NCBI GenBank assembly: GCA_002189035.1
Contig: NEEC01000479.1
Span: 1 to 23,484 of the forward strand
Direction of reading: 5' to 3'
DNA from: Utricularia gibba
Taxonomy: Eukaryota; Plantae; Magnoliophyta
DNA: 23,484 nt
The position numbers and the translations under genes are program-made. The notes beneath the pieces are model-generated. The model had not been told where the DNA came from, made no database searches, and saw nothing but the letters and a program-made list of their open reading frames with translations. Positions 12,601 to 23,484 of this stretch are shown here, one piece after another; the first letter of the stretch is position 1, and every line of letters starts with the position of its first letter.

Positions 12601-15600
12601 TATCTGAGGAGGCGCTCTCGTGGGCAACGGTATCGAGAAGGAGTCGAGTCGAGCTCGGGCCCATAGTCATTTGTAGCTCGGCAAAAAACTTGATGCATTT
12701 CTTAACGTTGGGTTTTAATTGGCTGCCTACATGGTTTCTCAAGGAAAAGCTTGTCGTTTTTGGGCGGTGATGTCGTTGTGAACTTCGTTCTGACCCAAGG
12801 TTCGGTCTGACTCCTTTGCCACATCGGGTCCTACTCGACGAAAATCGTGATGCACTTATTGAAGTTAGGATGTCATGAGCACCCAAAATGGTTTTCTCAA
12901 CCGCATGCTTTATATCTGAGGAGGCGCTCTCGTGGGGCAACGGTATCGAGAAGGAGGTCGAGTCGAGCTCGGGCCCATAGTCATTTGTGGCTCGGCAAAA
13001 AACTTGATGCATTTCTTAACGTTGGGTTTTAATTGGCTGCCTACATGGTTTCTCAAGGAAAAGCTTGTCGTTTTGGGCGGGTGATGTCGTTGTGAACTTC
13101 GTTCTGACCCAAGGTTCGGTCTGACTCCTTTTCACATCGGGTCCTACTCGACGAAAATCGTGATGCACTTATTGAAGTTAGGATGTCATGAGCACCCAAA
13201 ATGGTTTTCTCAACCGCATGCTTTATATCTGAGGAGGCGCTCTCGTGGGGCAACGGTATCGAGAAGGAGGTCGAGTCGAGCTCGGGCCCATAGTCATTTG
13301 TAGCTCGGCAAAAAACTTGATGCATTTCTTAACGTTGGGTTTTAATTGGCTGCCTACATGGTTTCTCAAGGAAAAGCTTGTCGTTTTTGGGCGGGTGATG
13401 TCGTTGTGAACTTCGTTCTGACCCAAGGTTCGGTCTGACTCCTTTTTCCACATCGGGTCCTACTCGACGAAAATCGTGATGCACTTATTGAAGTTAGGAT
13501 GTCATAAGCACCCAAAATGGTTTTCTCAACCGCATGCTTTATATCTGAGGAGGCGCTCTCGTGGGGCAACGGTATCGAGAAGGAAAGGGCCCATAGTCAT
13601 TTGTAGCTCGGCAAAAAACTTGATGCATTTTCTTAACGTTGGGTTTTAATTGGCTGCCTACATGGTTTCTCAAGGAAAAGCTTGTCGTTTTTGGGCGGGT
13701 GATGTCGTTGTGAACTTCGTTCTGACCCAAGGTTCGGTCTGACTCCTTTGCCACATCGGGTCCTACTCGACGAAAATCGTGCTGCACTTATTGAAGTTAG
13801 GATGTCATGAGCACCCAAAATGGTTTTCTCAACCGCATGCTTTATATTTGATAAGGCGCTCTCGTGGGGCAACGGTATCGAGCAGGTCGAGTCGAGCTCG
13901 GGCCCATAGTCATTTGTGGCTCGGCAAAAAACTTGATGCATTTCTTAACGTTGGGTTTTAATTGGCTGCCTACATGGTTTCTCAAGGAAAAGCTTGTCGT
14001 TTTTGGGCGGGTGATGTCGTTGTGAACTTCGTTCTGACCCAAGGTCGGTCTGACTCCTTTGCCACATCGGGTCCTACTCGACGAAAATCGTGATGCACTT
14101 ATTGAAGTTAGGATGTCATGAGCACCCAAAATGGTTTTCTCAACCGCATGCTTTATATCTGAGGAGGCGCTCTCGTGGGGCAACGGTATCGAGCAGGGTC
14201 GAGTCGAGCTCGGGCCCATAGTCATTTGTAGCTCGGCAAAAAACTTGATGCATTTCTTAACGTTGGTTTTAATTGGCTGCCTACATGGTTTCTCAAGGAA
14301 AAGCTTGTCGTTTTTGGGCGGGTGATGTCGTTGTGAACTTCGTTCTGACCCAAGGTTCGGTCTGACTCCTTTTTCCACATCGGGTCCTACTCGACGAAAA
14401 TCGTGATGCACTTATTGAAGTTAGGATGTCATGAGCACCCAAAATGGTTTTCTCAACCGCATGCTTTATATTTGATAAGGCGCTCTCGTGGGGCAACGGT
14501 ATCGAGCAGGGTCGAGTCGAGCTCGCCCATAGTCATTTGTGCTCGGCAAAAAACTTGATGCATTTCTTAACGTTGGGTTTTAATTGGCTGCCTACATGGT
14601 TTCTCAAGGAAAAGCTTGTCGTTTTTGGGCGGGTGATGTCGTTGTGAACTTCGTTCTGACCCAAGGTTCGGTCTGACTCCTTTTCCACATCGGGTCCTAC
14701 TCGACGAAAATCGTGATGCACTTATTGAAGTTAGGATGTCATGAGCACCCAAAATGGTTTTCTCAACCGCATGCTTTATATCTGAGGAGGCGCTCTCGTG
14801 GGGCAACGGTATCGAGAAGGAGGTCGAGTCGAGCTCGGGCCCATAGTCATTTGTAGCTCGGCAAAAAACTTGATGCATTTCTTAACGTTGGGTTTTAAAT
14901 TGGCTGCCTACATGGTTTCTCAAGGAAAAGCTTGTCGTTTTGGGCGGGTGATGTCGTTGTGAACTTCGTTCTGACCCAAGGTTCGGTCTGACTCCTTTTT
15001 TCCACATCGGGTCCTACTCGACGAAAATCGTGATGCACTTATTGAAGTTAGGATGTCATAAGCACCCAAAATGTTTTCTCAACCGCATGCTTTATATCTG
15101 AGGAGGCGCTCTCGTGGGGCAACGGTATCGAGAAGGAGGTCGAGTCGAGCTCGGGCCCATAGTCATTTGTAGCTCGGCAAAAAACTTGATGCATTTCTTA
15201 ACGTTGGGTTTTAATTGGCTGCCTACATGGTTTCTCAAGGAAAAGCTTGTCGTTTTTGGGGTGATGTCGTTGTGAACTTCGTTCTGACCCAAGGTTCGGT
15301 CTGACTCCTTTTGCCACATCGGGTCCTACTCGACGAAAATCGTGATGCACTTATTGAAGTTAGGATGTCATAGCACCCAAAATGGTTTTCTCAACCGCAT
15401 GCTTTATATCTGAGGGCGCTCTCGTGGGGCAACGGTATCGAGAAGGAGGTCGAGTCGAGCTCGGGCCCATAGTCATTTGTAGCTCGGCAAAAAACTTGAT
15501 GCATTTCTTAACGTTGGGTTTTAATTGGCTGCCTACATGGTTTCTCAAGGAAAAGCTTGTCGTTTTTGGCGGGTGATGTCGTTGTGAACTTCGTTCTGAC

Positions 15601-18600
15601 CCAAGGTTCGGTCTGACTCCTTTGCCACATCGGGTCCTACTCGACGAAAATCGTGCTGCACTTATTGAAGTTAGGATGTCATGAGCACCCAAAATGGTTT
15701 TCTCAACCGCATGCTTTATATTGAGGAGGCGCTCTCGTGGGCAACGGTATCGAGCAGGGGTCGAGTCGAGCTCGGGCCCATAGTCATTTGTGGCTCGGCA
15801 AAAAATGCATTTTTAACGTTTTTAATTGGCTGCCTACATGGTTTCTCAAGGAAAAGCTTGTCGTTTTTGGGCGGTGATGTCGTTGTGAACTTCGTTCTGA
15901 CCCAAGGTTCGGTCTGACTCCTTTTCCACATCGGGTCTACTCGACGAAAATCGTGCTTATTGAAGTTAGGATGTCATAAGCACCCAAAATGGTTTTCTCA
16001 ACCGCATGCTTTATATCTGAGGAGGCGCTCTCGTGGGGCAACGGTATCGAGAAGGAGGTCGAGTCGAGCTCGGGCCCATAGTCATTTGTAGCTCGGCAAA
16101 AAACTTGATGCATTTCTTAACGTTGGGTTTTAATTGGCTGCCTACATGGTTTCAAGGAAAAGCTTGTCGTTTTTGGCGGGTGATGTCGTTGTGAACTTCG
16201 TTCTGACCCAAGGTTCGGTCTGACTCCTTTTTCCACATCGGGTCCTACTCGACGAAATCGTGATGCACTTATTGAAGTTAGGATGTCATAAGCACCCAAA
16301 ATGGTTTTCTCAACCGCATGCTTTATATCTGAGGAGGCGCTCTCGTGGGGCAACGGTATCGAGAAGGAGGTCGAGTCGAGCTCGGGCCCATAGTCATTTG
16401 TAGCTCGCAAAAAACTTGATGCATTTCTTAACGTTGGGTTTTAATTGGCTGCCTACATGGTTTTTCAAGGAAAAGCTTGTCGTTTTTGGGCGGTGATGTC
16501 GTTGTGAACTTCGTTCTGACCCAAGGTTCGGTCTGACTCCTTTGCCACATCGGGTCCTACTCGACGAAAATCGTGATGCACTTATTGAAGTTAGGATGTC
16601 ATGAGCACCCAAAATGGTTTTCTCAACCGCATGCTTTATATTTGATAAGGCGCTCTCGTGGGCAACGGTATCGAGCAGGGGTCGAGTCGAGCTCGGGCCC
16701 ATAGTCATTTGTGGCTCGGCAAAAAACTTGATGCATTTCTTAACGTTGGGTTTTAATTGGCTGCCTACATGGTTTCTCAAGGAAAAGCTTGTCGTTTTTG
16801 GGGTGATGTCGTTGTGAACTTCGTTCTGACCCAAGTTCGGTCTGACTCCTTTCCACATCGGGTCCTACTCGACGAAAATCGTGATGCACTTATTGAAGTT
16901 AGGATGTCATGAGCACCCAAAATGGTTTTCTCAACCGCATGCTTTATATCTGAGGAGGCGCTCTCGTGGGGCAACGGTATCGAGAAGGAGGTCGAGTCGA
17001 GCTCGGGCCCATAGTCATTTGTGGCTCGGCAAAAAACTTGATGCATTTCTTAACGTTGGGTTTTAATTGGCTGCCTACATGGTTTCTCAAGGAAAAGCTT
17101 GTCGTTTTTGGGCGGGTGATGTCGTTGTGAACTTCGTTCTGACCCAAGGTTCGGTCTGACTCCTTTTTCCACATCGGGTCCTACTCGACGAAAATCGTGA
17201 TGCACTTATTGAAGTTAGGATGTCATAAGCACCCAAAATGGTTTTCTCAACCGCATGCTTTATATTTGATAAGGCGCTCTCGTGGGGCAACGGTATCGAG
17301 AAGGGTCGAGTCGAGCTCGGGCCCATAGTCATTTGTGGCTCGGCAAAAAACTTGATGCATTTCTTAACGTTGGTTTTAATTGGCTGCCTACATGGTTTCT
17401 CAAGGAAAAGCTTGTCGTTTTTGGGCGGGTGATGTCGTTGTGAACTTCGTTCTGACCCAAGGTTCGGTCTGACTCCTTTTTCCACATCGGGTCCTACTCG
17501 ACGAAAATCGTGATGCACTTATTGAAGTTAGGATGTCATAAGCACCCAAAATGGTTTTCTCAACCGCATGCTTTATATCTGAGGAGGCGCTCTCGTGGGG
17601 CAACGGTATCGAGAAGAGGTCGAGTCGAGCTCGGGCCCATAGTCATTTGTAGCTCGGCAAAAAACTTGATGCATTTCTTAACGTTGGGTTTTAATTGGCT
17701 GCCTACATGGTTTCTCAAGGAAAAGCTTGTCGTTTTTGGGCGGTGATGTCGTTGTGAACTTCGTTCTGACCCAAGGTTCGGTCTGACTCCTTTGCCACAT
17801 CGGGTCCTACTCGACGAAAATCGTGCTGCACTTATTGAAGTTAGGATGTCATGAGCACCCAAAATGGTTTTCTCAACCGCATGCTTTATATTGAGGAGGC
17901 GCTCTCGTGGGCAACGGTATCGAGAAGGAGGTCGAGTCGAGCTCGGGCCCATAGTCATTTTGTAGCTCGGCAAAAAACTTGATGCATTTCTTAACGTTGG
18001 GTTTTAATTGGCTGCCTACATGGTTTCTCAAGGAAAAGCTTGTCGTTTTTTGGGCGGGTGATGTCGTTGTGAACTTCGTTCTGACCCAAGGTTCGGTCTG
18101 ACTCCTTTGCCACATCGGGTCCTACTCGACGAAAATCGTGATGCACTTATTGAAGTTAGGATGTCATGAGCACCCAAAATGGTTTTCTCAACCGCATGCT
18201 TTATATTTGAGGAGGCGCTCTCGTGGGGCAACGGTATCGAGCAGGTGGTCGAGTCGAGCTCGGGCCATAGTCATTTGTGGCTCGGCAAAAAACTTGATGC
18301 ATTTCTTAACGTTGGGTTTTAATTGGCTGCCTACATGGTTTCTCAAGGAAAAGCTTGTCGTTTTTTGGGCGGGTGATGTCGTTGTGAACTTCGTTCTGAC
18401 CCAAGGTTCGGTCTGACTCCTTTTTCCACATCGGGTCCTACTCGACGAAAATCGTGATGCACTTATTGAAGTTAGGATGTCATGAGCACCCAAAATGGTT
18501 TTCTCAACCGCATGCTTTATATCTGAGGAGGCGCTCTCGTGGGCAACGGTATCGAGAAGGAGGTCGAGTCGAGCTCGGGCCCATAGTCATTTGTAGCTCG

Positions 18601-21600
18601 GCAAAAAACTTGATGCATTTCTTAACGTTGGGTTTTAATTGGCTGCCTACATGGTTTTTCAAGGAAAAGCTTGTCGTTTTTGGGCGGGTGATGTCGTTGT
18701 GAACTTCGTTCTGACCCAAGGTTCGGTCTGACTCCTTTGCCACATCGGGTCCTACTCGACGAAAATCGTGATGCACTTATTGAAGTTAGGATGTCATGAG
18801 CACCCAAAATGGTTTTCTCAACCGCATGCTTTATATTGATAAGGCGCTCTCGTGGGGCAACGGTATCGAGCAGGTGGTCGAGTCGAGCTCGGGCCCATAG
18901 TCATTTGTGGCTCGGCAAAAAACTTGATGCATTTCTTAACGTTGGGTTTTAATTGGCTGCCTACATGGTTTTCTCAAGGAAAAGCTTGTCGTTTTTGGGC
19001 GGGTGATGTCGTTGTGAACTTCGTTCTGACCCAAGGTTCGGTCTGACTCCTTTTCCACATCGGGTCCTACTCGACGAAATTCGTGATGCACTTATTGAAG
19101 TTAGGATGTCATAAGCACCCAAAATGGTTTTCTCAACCGCATGCTTTATATCTGAGGAGGCGCTCTCGTGGGGCAACGGTATCGAGAAGGAGGTCGAGTC
19201 GAGCTCGGGCCCATAGTCATTTGTAGCTCGCAAAAAACTTGATGCATTTCTTAACGTTGGGTTTTAATTGGCTGCCTACATGGTTTTTCAAGGAAAAGCT
19301 TTTCGTTTTTGGGCGGGTGATGTCGTTGTGAACTTCGTTCTGACCCAAGGTTCGGTCTGACTCCTTTGCCACATCGGTCCTACTCGACGAAAATCGTGAT
19401 GCACTTATTGAAGTTAGGATGTCATGAGCACCCAAAATGGTTTTCTCAACCGCATGCTTTATATTTGATAAGGCGCTCTCGTGGGGCAACGGTATCGAGC
19501 AGGTGGTCGAGTCGAGCTCGGGCCCATAGTCATTTGTAGCTCGGCAAAAAACTTGATGCATTTCTTAACGTTGGGTTTTAATTGGCTGCCTACATGGTTT
19601 CTCAAGGAAAAGCTTGTCGTTTTTGGGCGGGTGATGTCGTTGTGAACTTCGTTCTGACCCAAGGTTCGGTCTGACTCCTTTGCCACATCGGGTCCTCGAC
19701 GAAAATCGTGCTGCACTTATTGAAGTTAGGATGTCATAAGCACCCAAAATGGTTTTCTCAACCGCATGCTTATATTTGAGGAGGCGCTCTCGTGGGGCAA
19801 CGGTATCGAGAAGGAGGTCGAGTCGAGCTCGGGCCATAGTCATTTGTAGCTCGGCAAAAAACTTGATGCATTTCTTAACGTTGGGTTTTAATTGGCTGCC
19901 TACATGGTTTCTCAAGGAAAAGCTTGTCGTTTTTGGGCGGGTGATGTCGTTGTGAACTTCGTTCTGACCCAAGGTTCGGTCTGACTCCTTTGCCACATCG
20001 GGTCCTACTCGACGAAAATCGTGATGCACTTATTGAAGTTAGGATGTCATGAGCACCCAAAATGGTTTTCTCAACCGCATGCTTTATATCTGAGGCGCTC
20101 TCGTGGGCAACGGTATCGAGAGGAGGTCGAGTCGAGCTCGGGCCCATAGTCATTTGTAGCTCGGCAAAAAACTTGATGCATTTCTTAACGTTGGGTTTTA
20201 ATTGGCTGCCTACATGGTTTCTCAAGGAAAAGCTTGTCGTTTTTGGGCGGGTGATGTCGTTGTGAACTTCGTTCTGACCCAAGGTTCGGTCTGACTCCTT
20301 TGCCACATCGGGTCCTACTCGACGAAAATCGTGATGCACTTATTGAAGTTAGGATGTCATGAGCACCCAAAATGGTTTTCTCAACCGCATGCTTTATATT
20401 GAGGAGGCGCTCTCGTGGGGCAACGGTATCGAGCAGGAGGTCGAGTCGAGCTCGGGCATAGTCATTTGTGCTCGGCAAAAAACTTGATGCATTTCTTAAC
20501 GTTGGGTTTTAATTGGCTGCCTACATGGTTTCTCAAGGAAAAGCTTGTCGTTTTTGGGCGGGTGATGTCGTTGTGAACTTCGTTCTGACCCAAGGTTCGG
20601 TCTGACTCCTTTGCCACATCGGGTCCTACTCGACGAAAATCGTGATGCACTTATTGAAGTTAGGATGTCATGAGCACCCAAAATGGTTTTCTCAACCGCA
20701 TGCTTTATATTTGATAAGGCGCTCTCGTGGGGCAACGGTATCGAGCAGGGTCGAGTCGAGCTCGGGCCCATAGTCATTTGTGCTCGGCAAAAAACTTGAT
20801 GCATTTCTTAACGTTGGGTTTTAATTGGCTGCCTACATGGTTTCTCAAGGAAAAGCTTGTCGTTTTTGGGCGGGTGATGTCGTTGTGAACTTCGTTCTGA
20901 CCCAAGGTTCGGTCTGACTCCTTTGCCACATCGGGTCCTACTCGACGAAAATCGTGATGCACTTATTGAAGTTAGGATGTCATAGCACCCAAAATGGTTT
21001 TCTCAACCGCATGCTTTATATCTGATAGGCGCTCTCGTGGGGCAACGGTATCGAGAGGAGTCGAGTCGAGCTCGGGCCCATAGTCATTTGTAGCTCGCAA
21101 AAACTTTGATGCATTTCTTAACGTTGGGTTTTAATTGGCTGCCTACATGGTTTCTCAAGGAAAAGCTTGTCGTTTTTGGGCGGGTGATGTCGTTGTGAAC
21201 TTCGTTCTGACCCAAGGTTCGGTCTGACTCCTTTGCCACATCGGGTCCTACTCGACGAAAATCGTGATGCACTTATTGAAGTTAGGATGTCATAGCACCC
21301 AAAATGGTTTTCTCAACCGCATGCTTTATATCTGAGGAGGCGCTCTCGTGGGGCAACGGTATCGAGAAGGAGGTCGAGTCGAGCTCGGGCCCATAGTCAT
21401 TTGTAGCTCGCAAAAAACTTGATGCATTTCTTAACGTTGGGTTTTAATTGGCTGCCTACATGGTTTCTCAAGGAAAAGCTTGTCGTTTTTGGGCGGGTGA
21501 TGTCGTTGTGAACTTCGTTCTGACCCAAGGTTCGGTCTGACTCCTTTGCCACATCGGGTCCTACTCGACGAAAATCGTGCTGCACTTATTGAAGTTAGGA

Positions 21601-23484
21601 TGTCATGAGCACCCAAAATGGTTTTCTCAACCGCATGCTTTATATTTGATAAGGCGCTCTCGTGGGGCAACGGTATCGAGAAGGAGTCGAGTCGAGCTCG
21701 GGCCCATAGTCATTTGTAGCTCGGCAAAAAACTTGATGCATTTCTTAACGTTGGGTTTTAATTGGCTGCCTACATGGTTTTTCAAGGAAAAGCTTTCGTT
21801 TTTGGGCGGTGATGTCGTTGTGAACTTCGTTCTGACCCAAGGTTCGGTCTGACTCCTTTGCCACATCGGGTCCTACTCGACGAAAATCGTGATGCACTTA
21901 TTGAAGTTAGGATGTCATGAGCACCCAAAATGGTTTTCTCAACCGCATGCTTTATATGGGGCTCTCGTGGGGCAACGGTATCGAGCAGGTGGTCGAGTCG
22001 AGCTCGGGCCCATAGTCATTTGTGGCTCGGCAAAAAACTTGATGCATTTCTTAACGTTGGGTTTTAATTGGCTGCCTACATGGTTTCAAGGAAAAGCTTG
22101 TCGTTTTTGGCGGGTGATGTCGTTGTGAACTTCGTTCTGACCCAAGGTTCGGTCTGACTCCTTTGCCACATCGGGTCCTACTCGACGAAAATCGTGATGC
22201 ACTTATTGAAGTTAGGATGTCATAGCACCCAAAATGGTTTTCTCAACCGCATGCTTTATATTTGAGGAGGCGCTCTCGTGGGGCAACGGTATCGAGAAGG
22301 AGGTCGAGTCGAGCTCGGGCCCATAGTCATTTGTAGCTCGGCAAAAAACTTGATGCATTTCTTAACGTTGGGTTTTAATTGGCTGCCTACATGGTTTCTC
22401 AAGGAAAAGCTTGTCGTTTTTGGGCGGGTGATGTCGTTGTGAACTTCGTTCTGACCCAAGGTTCGGTCTGACTCCTTTGCCACATCGGGTCCTACTCGAC
22501 GAAAATCGTGATGCACTTATTGAAGTTAGGATGTCATAGCACCCAAAATGGTTTTCTCAACCGCATGCTTTATATTTGATAAGGCGCTCTCGTGGGCAAC
22601 GGTATCGAGAGGTGGTCGAGTCGAGCTCGGGCCCATAGTCATTTGTGCTCGGCAAAAAACTTGATGCATTTCTTAACGTTGGGTTTTAATTGGCTGCCTA
22701 CATGGTTTCTCAAGGAAAAGCTTGTCGTTTTTGGGCGGGTGATGTCGTTGTGAACTTCGTTCTGACCCAAGGTTCGGTCTGACTCCTTTGCCACATCGGG
22801 TCCTACTCGACGAAAATCGTGATGCACTTATTGAAGTTAGGATGTCATAAGCACCCAAAATGGTTTTCTCAACCGCATGCTTTATATCTGAGGAGGCGCT
22901 CTCGTGGGCAACGGTATCGAGAAGGAGGTCGAGTCGAGCTCGGGCCCATAGTCATTTGTGCTCGGCAAAAAACTGATGCATTTCTTAACGTTGGGTTTTA
23001 ATTGGCTGCCTACATGGTTTTCAAGGAAAAGCTTGTCGTTTTTGGGCGGGTGATGTCGTTGTGAACTTCGTTCTGACCCAAGGTTCGGTCTGACTCCTTT
23101 GCCACATCGGGTCCTACTCGACGAAAATCGTGATGCACTTATTGAAGTTAGGATGTCATGAGCACCCAAAATGGTTTTCTCAACCGCATGCTTTATATTT
23201 GATAAGGCGCTCTCGTGGGCAACGGTATCGAGCAGGTGGTCGAGTCGAGCTCGGGCCCATAGTCATTTGTGCTCGGCAAAAAACTTGATGCATTTCTTAA
23301 CGTTGGGTTTTAATTGGCTGCCTACATGGTTTCTCAAGGAAAAGCTTGTCGTTTTTTGGGCGGGTGATGTCGTTGTGAACTTCGTTCTGACCCAAGGTTC
23401 GGTCTGACTCCTTTGCCACATCGGGTCCTACTCGACGAAAATCGTGATGCACTTATTGAAGTTAGGATGTCATAAGCACCCAAA

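Larger units (their letters stand above)
1..23484. repeat. Tandem satellite DNA array, ~315-bp monomer, 75 complete copies + 1 partial, single orientation, extends beyond both window edges
   Basis: The junction motif ggttcggtctgactc|cttt(g/tt)ccacatcgggtcc recurs throughout (monomer starts at 1, 313, 627, 942, 1247, 1561, 1872 ... 22475, 22786, 23097, 23411). Mean spacing is 23410/75 = ~312 bp versus a 315-bp (G-type) or 316-bp (T5-type) consensus. Monomers differ only at ~8 recurrent variant columns plus scattered small indels. No intervening unique sequence. Confidence 0.99.

Noticed and set aside
52-23407. Over 150 ORFs of 60-244 aa on both strands with recurring peptides (MHQVFCRATNDYG..., MMHLLKLGCHEHPKW...)
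   Set aside because: These are translations of the same 315-bp (3x105) repeat. Frames shift at random indels, there is no recognisable domain, and longer ORFs arise only where indels chain frames. No evidence of coding selection.
1-23484. CRISPR array or other repeat-spacer system
   Set aside because: There are no unique spacers, the entire period is repeated, the unit is far longer than a CRISPR repeat, and no cas genes are present.
1-23484. Rolling-circle concatemer of a single ~315-nt circle (eccDNA, viroid or minicircle)
   Set aside because: A single template would give identical copies plus random error, whereas here several linked multi-base haplotypes recur with a positional gradient. 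A larger satellite-derived circle cannot be excluded, but no exact long period is visible.

Overview
The whole 23,484-bp window is one uninterrupted head-to-tail tandem (satellite) array. It holds 75 complete copies plus a 74-bp partial copy of a ~315-bp monomer (consensus ~52% AT, hand-counted), all in the same orientation. I see no genes, RNA genes, transposons, CRISPR spacers or unique DNA; every listed ORF is a by-product of translating the repeat. The structure is hierarchical. The 315-bp monomer is a diverged dimer of ~157-bp subunits. Monomers fall into two linked variant haplotypes (alpha/beta) that tend to alternate, a rare allele recurs every 6-7 monomers in the distal half, and one marker becomes fixed after ~19.36 kb. 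Many 1-bp deletions, some exactly at the polymorphic columns, suggest a noisy long-read or collapsed consensus sequence, so the fine haplotype order needs read-level confirmation. Size, AT content and a single SacI site per monomer resemble my recollection of the Silene SacI/X43.1 subtelomeric satellite, but this is unverified. I found no support for a novel coding or enzymatic system. All counts are manual.
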